Part shown: positions 44,245 to 54,577 of the stretch, one piece after another
How the letters are laid out: each line of letters begins with the position of its first letter
Position numbering within the stretch: position 1 is the stretch's first letter
Program-made: the position numbers and the translations under genes
The notes under the pieces: generated by a model
The model's database searches: none
What the model was told of the DNA's origin: nothing
Seen by the model: the letters and a program-made list of their open reading frames with translations, nothing else
NCBI GenBank assembly: GCA_963697165.1
Contig: CAVOMX010000025.1
Location: 64,001-128,000, forward strand
DNA from: Candidatus Bathyarchaeota archaeon
GTDB lineage: Archaea > Thermoproteota > Bathyarchaeia > Bathyarchaeales > Bathyarchaeaceae
DNA: 64,000 nt
Reading direction: 5' to 3'

Positions 44245-45647
44245 CAGCGCCCCCTCAATTCTTCCATATGCTTCACGCTTTTATCGATATGCACCTTCAC
44301 TGCGATGTCGTTTCGGTTCCAGAGTGCCCCGCCTTTAATCGCAACTATGCCCTCAAGAGACTTTTCTCTTGCCTCATTGATGTCGTCGCCTATGCCCACA
44401 ACGGCGACTGTGCGAGAGCCAAGGGCAAAGTTTTCTCCATCCCGAAGTTCCATTGACCCCGGATACACCCGGATGCTGTTCTTTTTGAGAAGCTTATCTG
44501 CTCCACTCAAATCCACGGCAGTATCAATCTCGGTCTTGTTTATGCGGTCGGGAAACTTTGTTGCGTAGCCGCCGTAGTCTGGCGGAACCTTATAGGTCAC
44601 AACTGTTGCCTGCTTCCTGAAGTTGACTTTTCTGAGGCTTCCATCTATCATGTCGTAGCATACATCAATGAAATCGTCTTCTAGGATGGGCAGCAGATTC
44701 ATTATTTCTGGGTCTCCAGGTCTGCTGTTGACCTCCAAAATTTTGGGTCCCTTGCTTGTGTGAATAAAGGCGGCGTAGAAGGGGACTCCCTGCAGTTCGG
44801 GGTTGCTGCCTTTTCCTTTCAGTTCTTCAAATACTCTGTTTACGAGCTCGATTTCTTTTGCACGGTCCATCGAATTCATGAATGGCAGTATGTTTCCAGC
44901 ATTTTTGTAGGCGCCCATGCCTCCGGTGTTGGGTCCTTTATCGTCGTCGAAGGCTCGTTTGTAGTCTCTGGTTTCGGGCAGGGGAACCAAACGTTTTCCG
45001 TCACAGAAGGCTTGGAAGCTGGATTCTTCGCCCAAAACCTTCTCTTCGATTATGACTGGACCATGTTCATAATTTGAGATGAAATGCTCAAAAACCTCTT
45101 CGGGCGTGTTGAAGTGGTCTCCCCATACTCCGACTCCCTTTCCTGCAGTTGCCTTGTCGGGTTTCACTGCTACTTGGTTGTCGAGTTCTTTTAGCCAAGC
45201 ATACACATTCTTCTTAACCTGTGTTGTGCTGCTGTAGTCTTTGGGGTCGAAAACCTTGAATTGTGGATTAACTTCGGGTGCAACCTTCTGGAATAGTTGG
45301 CGTTGAGCTATTTTGCTTGCTTCGATAGCGTATCTTTTGGTTGGGCAAATTATCGGTATTTTTGTTTCTTTTTCGATGACATCTCGCACGCCCGCAATAA
45401 TCGGTTTTTCTGGACCAACAATACCGAAGTCTATGCTGTCTCTATATTTTTTGGCGAACTTTGCGATTTCCGTCAGGTTGAAGTCTGAGATAACAGTGTG
45501 CTTCTCGGCATGTTTCACGTTGAAGGGGTTATTCTGTTTATCAACAACGTAGAATTTTGGGGTATATTCTTCGCTGCGGACAAAAGCGTCTATCATGGCG
45601 GCTGCTCTTGAGCCATACGAAACTACGAGGATGCCAACTTTCTCCAT
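44244..45647 (-). CDS. purD: Phosphoribosylamine-glycine ligase
   Basis: VGPEKP, GKGV, DYKRAFDDDKGPNTGGMGAY and EVNSRPGDPE motifs. Confidence 0.95.
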   Translation of the reverse strand: MEKVGILVVSYGSRAAAMIDAFVRSEEYTPKFYVVDKQNNPFNVKHAEKHTVISDFNLTEIAKFAKKYRDSIDFGIVGPEKPIIAGVRDVIEKETKIPIICPTKRYAIEASKIAQRQLFQKVAPEVNPQFKVFDPKDYSSTTQVKKNVYAWLKELDNQVAVKPDKATAGKGVGVWGDHFNTPEEVFEHFISNYEHGPVIIEEKVLGEESSFQAFCDGKRLVPLPETRDYKRAFDDDKGPNTGGMGAYKNAGNILPFMNSMDRAKEIELVNRVFEELKGKGSNPELQGVPFYAAFIHTSKGPKILEVNSRPGDPEIMNLLPILEDDFIDVCYDMIDGSLRKVNFRKQATVVTYKVPPDYGGYATKFPDRINKTEIDTAVDLSGADKLLKKNSIRVYPGSMELRDGENFALGSRTVAVVGIGDDINEAREKSLEGIVAIKGGALWNRNDIAVKVHIDKSVKHMEELRGR

Positions 45648-45685
45648 CAGGGCTCACCATAACATGTCTGAATACAAACGTATGG

Positions 45686-47182
45686 TTAGTTTATGGAATT
45701 TTCGTATATTCTTCCTTTTTCGTTGTATCCGTTCTCGAATCTTTCCTTCATTTCGTCAGCCAACTTCTGGGCCATTGGCGTGGGATACTTGCCTGTGATG
45801 CAACCCAAACACAGGTCCTCTTTGTCTAAGCCCGTGGCTCTGACGAGCCCATCAACTGACTGGTAATTCACTGCGTCCGCGCCCACTATCTCGGCTATCT
45901 CCTCTGCATCATGCTGTGAACCTATCAGTTCCCTGTAGGTTGCCATGTCTACTCCATAGAAGCATGGACCAATAATTCTGGGGAACGTAATGAAAAGATA
46001 GACCTTGTTTGCGCCCATTTTGCGCAGCTTGTTAACCACAACTTTGGTGGTGTCGCCTCTGACTATGCTGTCATCCACCACAGCAACATTTTTTCCCGCC
46101 AGCTTATGGTCAACAATATTGATTTTCCTGTCTATCGTGCTGTATCGTTGATCTGAGAGCAGAATAAAGGCACGTTCAGCCACGTATCTGTGTCGTCTAG
46201 AGGCTCTTTCCCATCGTATGCCTGTTAACTCGTGGTACCCATAGGCCGCATCGTTGCCTGTTTCGGGCATCGACATAATCATGTCCACTTTGCTTGTGGT
46301 TTCGGGGTATTCCCACGCAAAGTTTCTTCCAAACGCTTCTCGGACCTCATAGACGTACCTGTTTCCCAGCATCGAGTCTGGCCTTGCAAAGTAGGCAAAC
46401 TCGAAGGCACAAAGTGCCTTTCTTTCTCCAGTGCACAATTGTTTTCTTGTGAAGCCATCTTTTGAGGAGACCACAAGCTCTCCGGGGTTCACCTCGAAAC
46501 TGAAGTCTAAACTGTTAATGTCTAGCCCCACGGATTCTGAGGATACCGCACAGGTTGTCCCGTTTTTGCTGCAGCCACAGCAGAGGGGTCTTATTCCTTG
46601 GGGGTCTCTGAATGCGAACAGTTCTCCTTTGTCTGTTAGTCCAGCCACAGAGAATGCGCCTTCGATTTCTTTCATGCACCGTTTTACGGAGGAGGCTAGG
46701 TCGCCGTCTTTTCCTTGTCTTAATAGTTTTCTTGAGATCAGTTCTGCGTCGTAGTTGAATCGGAAGTTCGGGTATTCTTCTCTTATCTCTTTTACTATGT
46801 CAGGAGTGTTGACGACGTTGCCGTTGAAGGCGATTGCTATCTGTTTTTCTCCTCGTTTCTCCAGTATTGGCTGGGTGCTTTTTACAAGTGATTCGTGATC
46901 TGTTCCGCCAGATGTGGAGTATCTGACGTGTCCTAATCCAACGGATCCGGGCAGTTCTGTTAGCCACTTTTCGATGTCTTCCTTTTGTATTTTCGGAACA
47001 AGATCTAGACCTTTTTTGCTGTGGAATGTTCCGTCAAAGGTGAGGAAGCCGTGGGATTGGTGTCCGCGATGGTTTTGGGCTCGTAGTCCCCAGTAGACGT
47101 ATGGGAACACTGACTTTTGTGTAAAGTCTTGTGCTGCGAAAACCCCGCATGCTTCTTTTAACTGTTCGAGCATATTTTCCAC
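45686..47182 (-). CDS. purF: Amidophosphoribosyltransferase
   Basis: EACGVF, HRG, GHVRYST, VVDDSIVRGDT, PCFYGVD and CLGC motifs. Confidence 0.95.
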   Translation of the reverse strand: MENMLEQLKEACGVFAAQDFTQKSVFPYVYWGLRAQNHRGHQSHGFLTFDGTFHSKKGLDLVPKIQKEDIEKWLTELPGSVGLGHVRYSTSGGTDHESLVKSTQPILEKRGEKQIAIAFNGNVVNTPDIVKEIREEYPNFRFNYDAELISRKLLRQGKDGDLASSVKRCMKEIEGAFSVAGLTDKGELFAFRDPQGIRPLCCGCSKNGTTCAVSSESVGLDINSLDFSFEVNPGELVVSSKDGFTRKQLCTGERKALCAFEFAYFARPDSMLGNRYVYEVREAFGRNFAWEYPETTSKVDMIMSMPETGNDAAYGYHELTGIRWERASRRHRYVAERAFILLSDQRYSTIDRKINIVDHKLAGKNVAVVDDSIVRGDTTKVVVNKLRKMGANKVYLFITFPRIIGPCFYGVDMATYRELIGSQHDAEEIAEIVGADAVNYQSVDGLVRATGLDKEDLCLGCITGKYPTPMAQKLADEMKERFENGYNEKGRIYENSIN

Positions 47183-47387
47183 TATTGAGGTGTCCTATTT
47201 ATCAAGCTTTACTACAATTTTAAGGCAAAATGGGATGGGCATTAAGTTGTTGTTCTTTTTGTGTTGGGGAATTGTTTGCATCGGAGATGGGGCGATTTGG
47301 TAAGATTTTGTTGTTGCGGTTTTGTTGCCCGTATTATCGTAAGGTATATATGAATTATCGCGATTAGCCTTTCGTCAAGGTGTTTTC

Positions 47388-48599
47388 ATGCGGAACATAC
47401 TTGTTAACGGTTCGAAACAGGCGCCTCTTGAGAAGCAACCCATCGAGATTGTTGAACGCAAGGGTGTCGGTCATCCTGACTCTATGTGTGATGCCATAAT
47501 GGATCAGGTTTCAGTGGAACTAAGCAAAGCGTACCTGAAGGAGTTCGGGACGATTTTGCATCATAATACTGACAAGTCGCTGCTGGTTGCCGGCGATGTT
47601 GAGTGCAAGTTTGAAGGCGGAGTTGTAAATGAGCCTATGCTTCTTATTTTCGGCGACAGGGCAACCTTTGAAGCTGACGGAAAAACTATTCCTGTTAACG
47701 AAATTGCTATCCAAACGGCTAAGGATTGGTTGAAGGAGAATCTTCGGTTTGTTGATCCTGAAAAGCACATGAAGTATCAAGTGGAGATTAGGCATGGTTC
47801 TCAGGGACTAACTGACATCTTCAAGAGAGAAACCTGCATGTTTGGCGCTAACGACACTTCTGCTGCTGTGGGCTATGCGCCATTAACTCGTACAGAGAAT
47901 ATGGTTCTAACGACTGAACGTTACGTGAACTCTAAAGAATTCAAGAAACGGTTTCCTGCAAGCGGCGAAGACGTAAAAGTCATGGGCTACAAGAATGGAA
48001 ATGTCCTGAATCTGACTATTGGTATGGCTTTTGTTGACCGCTTTGTTACTGACGTTAAAGATTACATGCGCAAAAAAGCTGAAATTCACGCGGATGTGCA
48101 GGAGTGGATTGACAAGAAGAGCACATTTGACAAGGTCAACGTTTTTATTAACACTTTGGATGTTGAAGACCGTGGCGTAGACGGCATCTTTTTGACTGTC
48201 CTGGGTACATGCGCTGATGGCGCTGATTCTGGTCAGGTAGGAAGAGGAAACAAAGTCAACGGTGTTATTTCGTTGAATCGGCCTATCGGCACAGAAGCGG
48301 CTGCGGGAAAGAATCCAGTCAGCCACGTCGGAAAAATCTACAACGCATTAACACACCAAATTGCAAGAAAGATATGCGACGAAGTTCCTGAAGTTGCAGA
48401 AACTTGTGTTTGGCTTCTTAGTCAGATTGGTGTACCGATTGATCAGCCCGCTATCGCCGCTGCGCAGGTAGTCATGAACAACGGAGCCACTCTCGACAAC
48501 AAAGTGCAGGCTAGAATAACAGAAGTAATCGACGCTGAACTGGCAAACATAGAGGACTTCTGCAAACAATTAACCTACGGAAAAATCTCAGTCTGGTAG
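47388..48599 (+). CDS. mat: Archaeal S-adenosylmethionine synthetase
   Basis: EIVERKGVGHPDS, HHNTDK, ANDTS, GEDVKVM and AGKNPVSHVGKIYN motifs. Confidence 0.95.
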   Translation: MRNILVNGSKQAPLEKQPIEIVERKGVGHPDSMCDAIMDQVSVELSKAYLKEFGTILHHNTDKSLLVAGDVECKFEGGVVNEPMLLIFGDRATFEADGKTIPVNEIAIQTAKDWLKENLRFVDPEKHMKYQVEIRHGSQGLTDIFKRETCMFGANDTSAAVGYAPLTRTENMVLTTERYVNSKEFKKRFPASGEDVKVMGYKNGNVLNLTIGMAFVDRFVTDVKDYMRKKAEIHADVQEWIDKKSTFDKVNVFINTLDVEDRGVDGIFLTVLGTCADGADSGQVGRGNKVNGVISLNRPIGTEAAAGKNPVSHVGKIYNALTHQIARKICDEVPEVAETCVWLLSQIGVPIDQPAIAAAQVVMNNGATLDNKVQARITEVIDAELANIEDFCKQLTYGKISVW

Positions 48600-48873
48600 T
48601 TTTTTGCTAATTCTGTAAGGTGGCGATGTTTTTTGCCTAGTCTCGATTGTTTAGAAGAGGATTTTCTCGTACTAAAACCTCCGAAATGAAAGAATAATTA
48701 CTAGTACATAGTGCGCTAATAAATTCTACCAATGCAAGCCCGTTTTGTTAGGAACTTATAACATGTATTTTAACTGTAGATTTCTGTTACGTATTATTGG
48801 TTTGTTGTTCTAAACTAGATAACAAGTCATATATATTATTACTTGAGACATAAAACTTAAGGTGAGATGAATT

Positions 48874-49527
48874 TTGCCAAGCCCAGGTCAAGAACTATCA
48901 AGCATCGATTTCGAATCAATGATCGGCGGTCCATTAGTAGCAGTTATCAATGCACAAGCCCAAGCAGCAATGTCAACAGTCAATTTCATAAAAGAAGTAG
49001 GCTTTAAAAAACCAAGTACCGAAGAAAACGCAGGTGGAGACACCACTACTGAAGAGCCAATCTATGTTACCTTCAAATATCCAAAAGAGCTTAGTCCATA
49101 CGTCCCTGCTATACCCGGAGATCCATTAGCAACACCACCCATACCTCCAACAGATGCAATACCCGCAGAATATGAAACACAAGAACTTCAAGTGCCCATC
49201 TTGACACTTCTTCCTATTCCATTCATACGGATAGAAGAAACAACAATAGACTTCAACGCAAAAATAAATTCTGTTGAATACAGAAAAACCAACACAAGCC
49301 TCAAAGTTGACGCTTCACTAGAAGCAAAAGCAGGCTGGCTATGGGGCTCAGCCAAACTAAAAGTATCAACATCATTCCAACGAACAACCCAACAAGGTAA
49401 CTCAGTCAATAGAACCTACTCATTAGCAATACATGTAAAAGCAGTTCAAGATGAAATGCCCGCAGGAATGGAAAAAATGCTAGGCATCCTTGAAAGTGCC
49501 ATAACCTCGACTCCAGCAAGCTCATAA
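48874..49527 (+). CDS. DUF2589 domain protein
   Basis: IDFESMIGGPLVAVINAQAQAAMSTVNFIKEVGF...VPILTLLPIPFIRI...PAGMEKMLGIL, recognised family pattern. Confidence 0.8.
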   Translation: MPSPGQELSSIDFESMIGGPLVAVINAQAQAAMSTVNFIKEVGFKKPSTEENAGGDTTTEEPIYVTFKYPKELSPYVPAIPGDPLATPPIPPTDAIPAEYETQELQVPILTLLPIPFIRIEETTIDFNAKINSVEYRKTNTSLKVDASLEAKAGWLWGSAKLKVSTSFQRTTQQGNSVNRTYSLAIHVKAVQDEMPAGMEKMLGILESAITSTPASS

Positions 49528-49586
49528 CCTAATTCAAAGATGAACAAATAACACTCCACCTTTTTTTGTTATAATGGAGGAAAAAA

Positions 49587-50273
49587 ATGCCCAATCTTGG
49601 AGATTTTATCGGCCATCTATTAGCTGAATTCACAATCGCAAGAATGCAAGCTGACGTAGAATCAGTAAGAGTAGCCGAACTCTATTCAAACCATCCACTA
49701 TTAAAAAACATGCCAATTCCTCATTTTCGTTTACCTTCAGTAGAATTGGATATACCAGTTGCAATTAAAGAAATTCAAGAACAACCAAACATGACACCCC
49801 GAGGGGCACCGACCCTTGAAGAAACAAGAAAAGCATTTGCCAACACACTCGCAAAAACACTAAGTGAAGAAAAAATACGTCTAACACCAGAACAAAATAA
49901 AAAACTAACAACAGCGCTAAATAGAACAATTAGGTCCTTAACTCAACCACCCGAAGTAGCCGTTGACATCAATAGAATTGCGAATGAACTAGCTAACACT
50001 GCATCCAAAACACTAGCAGGACCAACTGGACCAGTAGACACAAAGATACAAGAGAAATTAGAAACAAAACTAAAAGAATATGCACGAATAGAATTTATTA
50101 ACCTTCGTAAACCACCCTCACGATTACAAGTTTTAGTCACCACTTCAGAAATCCGTGAAGCAGGACCAAGCGAGGTTATTACTAAAATACACTTGAAGCT
50201 CACCGAAGAAGCCTTTGAATGGACATCATATGAATCAGATGGAAAGAAGCAAGATCGACTAATTATCGAGTAG
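49587..50273 (+). CDS. Hypothetical protein, probable divergent DUF2589-like partner
   Basis: Strong SD GGAGG; shares an N-terminal helix pattern and a PIPxxR strand motif with the upstream gene. Confidence 0.75.
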   Translation: MPNLGDFIGHLLAEFTIARMQADVESVRVAELYSNHPLLKNMPIPHFRLPSVELDIPVAIKEIQEQPNMTPRGAPTLEETRKAFANTLAKTLSEEKIRLTPEQNKKLTTALNRTIRSLTQPPEVAVDINRIANELANTASKTLAGPTGPVDTKIQEKLETKLKEYARIEFINLRKPPSRLQVLVTTSEIREAGPSEVITKIHLKLTEEAFEWTSYESDGKKQDRLIIE

Positions 50274-50280
50274 ATATAAA

Positions 50281-50850
50281 ATGTTGCGCATTCTAAATCT
50301 GGAAGAAATCCAGAAAATGCTTTTGCGCACCTCAGATTTAATTGACCTAAACGTACAATATAATCTCAACTTCATTCTCGATGTAAAAGACTGGTTATCA
50401 GAACTTGAGAAAATCCTCAAGAACAACAACATGCCAATATCCGCTAATATCGCTTCAATGCGCGGATTAATAATCTCTACTGAACGTGGAAATATACCAA
50501 TAGGCATCGAATTTAAAGGTCGAGCAACTAGTCGAAAAATTCGAGAAGCAACTTCAAGCAAAATAATTCATCAGGCAGTTGATCTAATTTCGAACGCTAT
50601 TCAGAAGGATGTAGAACGAGTCAAGGAAGCAGAACGCATAACAAGGCAACTAGTTGCAATAGCAAAAAGTAAGGGTTATATCAAGAAAATTCTAAGCCAA
50701 GACAATTATACAGAACAACTGAAAGCATTCTGGCAAAAAATGGCTAATGACCAAGTTTTATCACAGGGGATAATTAGTGTGGAAGGGCTTGTTGGTCCAC
50801 AGGATGCGCTTGTTATTTTAGATCGTACAATAACCGCGGATTTAAGTTAG
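50281..50850 (+). CDS. Hypothetical helical protein
   Basis: 189-aa ORF 7 nt after the previous gene, on the same strand. Confidence 0.75.
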   Translation: MLRILNLEEIQKMLLRTSDLIDLNVQYNLNFILDVKDWLSELEKILKNNNMPISANIASMRGLIISTERGNIPIGIEFKGRATSRKIREATSSKIIHQAVDLISNAIQKDVERVKEAERITRQLVAIAKSKGYIKKILSQDNYTEQLKAFWQKMANDQVLSQGIISVEGLVGPQDALVILDRTITADLS

Positions 50851-50898
50851 AGATTCATGTCCAATTACGCTTATATGTGCAATTTACAGCAATCAGAA

Positions 50899-51147
50899 TT
50901 AATCCAATAAAGATATTTTCCCTCTGTGCTGAATATTTTGGTCAGCAAATCCGGTGTTACTTTTTTTGTTTTTTGTTGTTTCTTCCGCTTTTTTGAGTGC
51001 TTCAGGTAGCTTCTCGACTTGTGTTCCTCCGCCTTGTGCTAAGTCTAGTCTTCCGCTGTCTTCGCCTCCGAGGACGTTTGAGGCGTCTTTGGCGATTATG
51101 CTAGAGTTAATTCCTTGTCTTCTTGCCTGTTTTCCAGCCATTACCAC
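50899..51147 (-). pseudogene. Remnant C-terminal (C-Ala/DHHA1) segment of a full-length alanyl-tRNA synthetase
   Basis: GINSSIIAKDASNVLGGEDSGRLDLAQGGG..KLPEAL resembles the GGxGGGRPDFAQGGG signature, but eroded. Confidence 0.7.
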
Positions 51148-51221
51148 GATTCTTGCGGTTTTCTGGTTAGAACCATAAAAAACCGTAACAAAAGAGAAAC
51201 AAACAGAAAAAGCCTGAAGAA

Positions 51222-53030
51222 TTATTGTTGGAGCTTTGCCTCTTCTGGGTTCTTTTTAAGTACCGCTCGTATTCTTCTGACGCCGGATGCGATGCCTTTT
51301 TCTTTTGTTATTTTGAAAAACCCTAATTCAATTGTGTTACCTACATGAGGTCCACCGCAAATCTCTGTCGCGAAATTGCCGATTTTATAAACTGATACAG
51401 TATTACCGTATTTGTCATCAAACACTGCTTGCGCACCACATGTTTTTGCTTCTTCAACAGTCATTTCTTCTCTAACCACTATCAAAGCTTTCTTAATTTG
51501 TTCGTTAACCAATTTTTCAATTGCATCTAGTTCTTTAGCATTCAGAGGTCTATCGAAATTAAAGTCAAAACGCAACCGCTCTGGAGTAATATTCGATCCT
51601 CTTTGAACAATATCCCTATTTTTTAAGACCACCCGCAAGGCTTCATTTAGCAGATGCGTTGCTGTATGAAGTTTTTTAGTTTCATTAGATGCGTCACTCA
51701 AACCGCCTTTGAACAGCTTGGCTGCGCTTGCAGATGAAACTTTTTGATGGCTTTCATATTCAGTCCTGAACTCCTCCTCGTCAACTTCAATACCAATCTC
51801 TGCAGCAAGTTCTTTTGTCAACTCAATAGGAAACCCGAAGCTCTGAAACAACAAGAATGCATGTTTTCCGTCGATTCTTGAACCATTTTTTGCTATTTGG
51901 TTGAATTTTCTCAAACCTTTTTCGAGAGTTTTCTTAAACTTGGCTTCTTCTTTACTCAGCTCGTCAAATATGCTAGTTTGTTTCTTTCTAAGCTGGGGAT
52001 ACTCGGACTCATTAAGCGTTATGACAATCTCAGCAATATCGTTCAAGAAATCTTTTTCAATTCCAATTAATCGCCCAAATCTTATTGCACGCCTGATTAA
52101 CCGACGTAAAACATACCCTCGATCGACATTGCTTGGCTTAACTCCTCGTTCGTCACCCAAAAAAAATGTTGAAGCACGAATATGATCAGTGATAATTCGG
52201 ATAGATCGTTCTTGAACAGGAGTTGGCAAACTAATTGAAGCAAGCTCCTCCACTTTCTGTGCTATTGGCCGAATTGTGGCAATCCCAAACACGTTTTTCT
52301 TCCCTTCAAGCATTGCGGCAGTATGCTCAACACCCATTCCAGTATCAACGTTCTTCTGTTTTAAGAGCTCATAACAACCTGAAACAGTTTTGTTATACTC
52401 CATAAAAACGTCGTTCCAGAGCTCAAAATATTTACCACATGAACAACCAGGTCTACAGGATGGACCGCAGGCAGGTTTTCCAGTATCATAGAACATTTCA
52501 GTACAAGGTCCACAAGGTCCTGTGTTACCAACTGGACCCCACCAATTATCTTCCTTTGACAAAAAAAAGATGTGATCATCGGGAACACCTAAAACGCTCC
52601 ATGACTCATAACTCTCAGTGTCTCTTGGAGCATTTTTGTCTCCCGCAAACACGGTCACAAACAACCGTTTTTTGTCCAAGTTAAGCCACCTCTTGTTTGT
52701 GAGAAACTCGTAGCTTAAGTTGATGGCTTGTTTTTTGAAATAATCACCTAGAGACCAGTTACCCAACATTTCAAAAAAAGTTAAGTGTGAATCATCTCCA
52801 ACACATTCGATGTCCCCAGTCCTAAAACATTTTTGAACATTCACAAGTTTCTTTCCAAGCGGATGAGACTGCCCCAAAAAGTAGGGTACAAGGGGATGCA
52901 TACCCGCCGGAGTGAAAAGAACTGTTGGATCATATTCTGGAATAAGAGGAGAATTTGGAATTAAATGATGCTGGTTTTCACTAAAGAACTTCAAATACAG
53001 TTTTTTTAGCTTTTTAGAATCTATGACCAT
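51222..53030 (-). CDS. alaS: Alanyl-tRNA synthetase, short form lacking C-Ala
   Basis: LFTPAGM, FFEMLGNWS.GDYFK, GPCGPC, DTGMG, DHIR, HTATHLL, CGGPHV and GVRRI motifs. Confidence 0.93.
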   Translation of the reverse strand: MVIDSKKLKKLYLKFFSENQHHLIPNSPLIPEYDPTVLFTPAGMHPLVPYFLGQSHPLGKKLVNVQKCFRTGDIECVGDDSHLTFFEMLGNWSLGDYFKKQAINLSYEFLTNKRWLNLDKKRLFVTVFAGDKNAPRDTESYESWSVLGVPDDHIFFLSKEDNWWGPVGNTGPCGPCTEMFYDTGKPACGPSCRPGCSCGKYFELWNDVFMEYNKTVSGCYELLKQKNVDTGMGVEHTAAMLEGKKNVFGIATIRPIAQKVEELASISLPTPVQERSIRIITDHIRASTFFLGDERGVKPSNVDRGYVLRRLIRRAIRFGRLIGIEKDFLNDIAEIVITLNESEYPQLRKKQTSIFDELSKEEAKFKKTLEKGLRKFNQIAKNGSRIDGKHAFLLFQSFGFPIELTKELAAEIGIEVDEEEFRTEYESHQKVSSASAAKLFKGGLSDASNETKKLHTATHLLNEALRVVLKNRDIVQRGSNITPERLRFDFNFDRPLNAKELDAIEKLVNEQIKKALIVVREEMTVEEAKTCGAQAVFDDKYGNTVSVYKIGNFATEICGGPHVGNTIELGFFKITKEKGIASGVRRIRAVLKKNPEEAKLQQ

Positions 53031-53330
53031 AAATAGGGGTTTGGTCAAAACTGCTTAATATCCATACCGTAACTATTCAATCAACTAAATTGGAATGTAG
53101 TCTTTCTGTAAGACTTGAAAAGGCACTTAGTTATTGAGGGAGTTCTAAAGGCATTGATTCTCCCTTTTTTAGTTCTGAAATCAAAAGAGCTTAAAAGAGA
53201 TAAAAATTTCTCACTTTAGGTCAACAAAAAAATCAAAATGTAAACTTGCAAAAGCTAAGAAAACAAAAAGATAAAAAAACAAAATAGAGGGAAAGCCTCC
53301 CACCGTTCAAGAAAACGGAAAATGAACCGT

Positions 53331-53642
53331 TTATCCGAACAGGGAACCTAAACCTTCCATTGCTGCTTCTTCTTTCTTGGTCTCGTCTTCTTCAGGCTCT
53401 TCTTCTGCCTTTTCTTCCTTAGCTGCTGTAGCTGCAGGCGCTGGTGCTGCCGCCATCATTGCAGGAGCAGATTTGATGGCTTCATCGATATCAACTTCGG
53501 CAATGGACGCCACTAAAGCTTTAACTCGAGAGGCATCGGCGCTTACGCCGGCCACCGTGAGAACTTCAGATACGTTCTTTTCGTTTATTTCTTTTCCAGC
53601 TTTGTGCAGGAGCATCGCAGCATATACGTATTCCATATTCAT
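53331..53642 (-). CDS. rpl12: 50S ribosomal protein L12/P1
   Basis: [11 protein letters not shown]...GLGSLFG. Confidence 0.96.
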   Translation of the reverse strand: MNMEYVYAAMLLHKAGKEINEKNVSEVLTVAGVSADASRVKALVASIAEVDIDEAIKSAPAMMAAAPAPAATAAKEEKAEEEPEEDETKKEEAAMEGLGSLFG

Positions 53643-53688
53643 TTCCCTCCATCTTTTCCATCATACTTACTTTTCAACTTTTCTGAAC

Positions 53689-54568
53689 CTAACTTGATGA
53701 CGCACTCTTTTTCTCTGTGTCATCCAATTTTTCGCTTAGTCCTAGCATTTCCATGTTAGCCTTTCTTATAAGATCGGCTATAGTATCCTTGTTGGCTATA
53801 CCCGCCTTCAAAGCTAAACTGTAGGCTTCCTGATGAGCACGCCTGAGAAGGAAACCAATGTTCTCTGGAAGAGTAATAGCCGCCTCCAAAGACAAATTGA
53901 AAGCAAACTGGTGAGCCTCCTACCACGCTTCGCCGAAACGCATCAATATCCAGCTTCAAATCTTCTTCGGTCAGAATCAGTCCATTGTCGTAAACAACTT
54001 TTAAGCTAAGACCTGCCTCAACAGGCTTTATTCCAAGCTTCGAAAGCAAACTTGCAAGCTGAGCGTTTATAGGTTCGCCTTCTTTAACCACCATAGTGGC
54101 TTTAGACACCCAGACGCTTCCAGATTCTATTCGGGTGCGCAAACCTACAGCAGTAAATTGGCTAATGATAGGACCGGGGGGCAATCCAGTGTTTCCGGCA
54201 GGAACTATAACATCAAAGGCGGCTACGTCTCCTGCTTTAGCTGTTGCCTTAACACGGCTCTTTTCTAGAAGAATAACAAGTTTGTAAGGGTTCAAGCTAG
54301 TAAAAAGGAAAAGGTTAGGACCATTCAAGTATTCTTCAAACTTTTCAAGCCCAACTTTGTCTTTGGTTTCGGAGACAGCACGGGTTATGAGAGAGTTCTT
54401 AATAACACGAAGATAAGCGCTTTTTTCAAGCTTTTGTCGCAGCTTTTGAAGTTGGGCGGACCTGACCTTTTCTAGGCTGGCGATTGCAACCGTATTATAT
54501 TGAGATAAGATGTCCTTTATTTCTTTAACTTCGTCAGCCTTTAACAGAGTTGATTGACGGACCACCAT
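53689..54568 (-). CDS. rplP0: 50S ribosomal protein L10/P0 (frameshift near 53920)
   Basis: RVIKNSL, PAGNTGLPPGP and LGIKP motifs. Confidence 0.93.
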
Positions 54569-54577
54569 AACTTTTCC

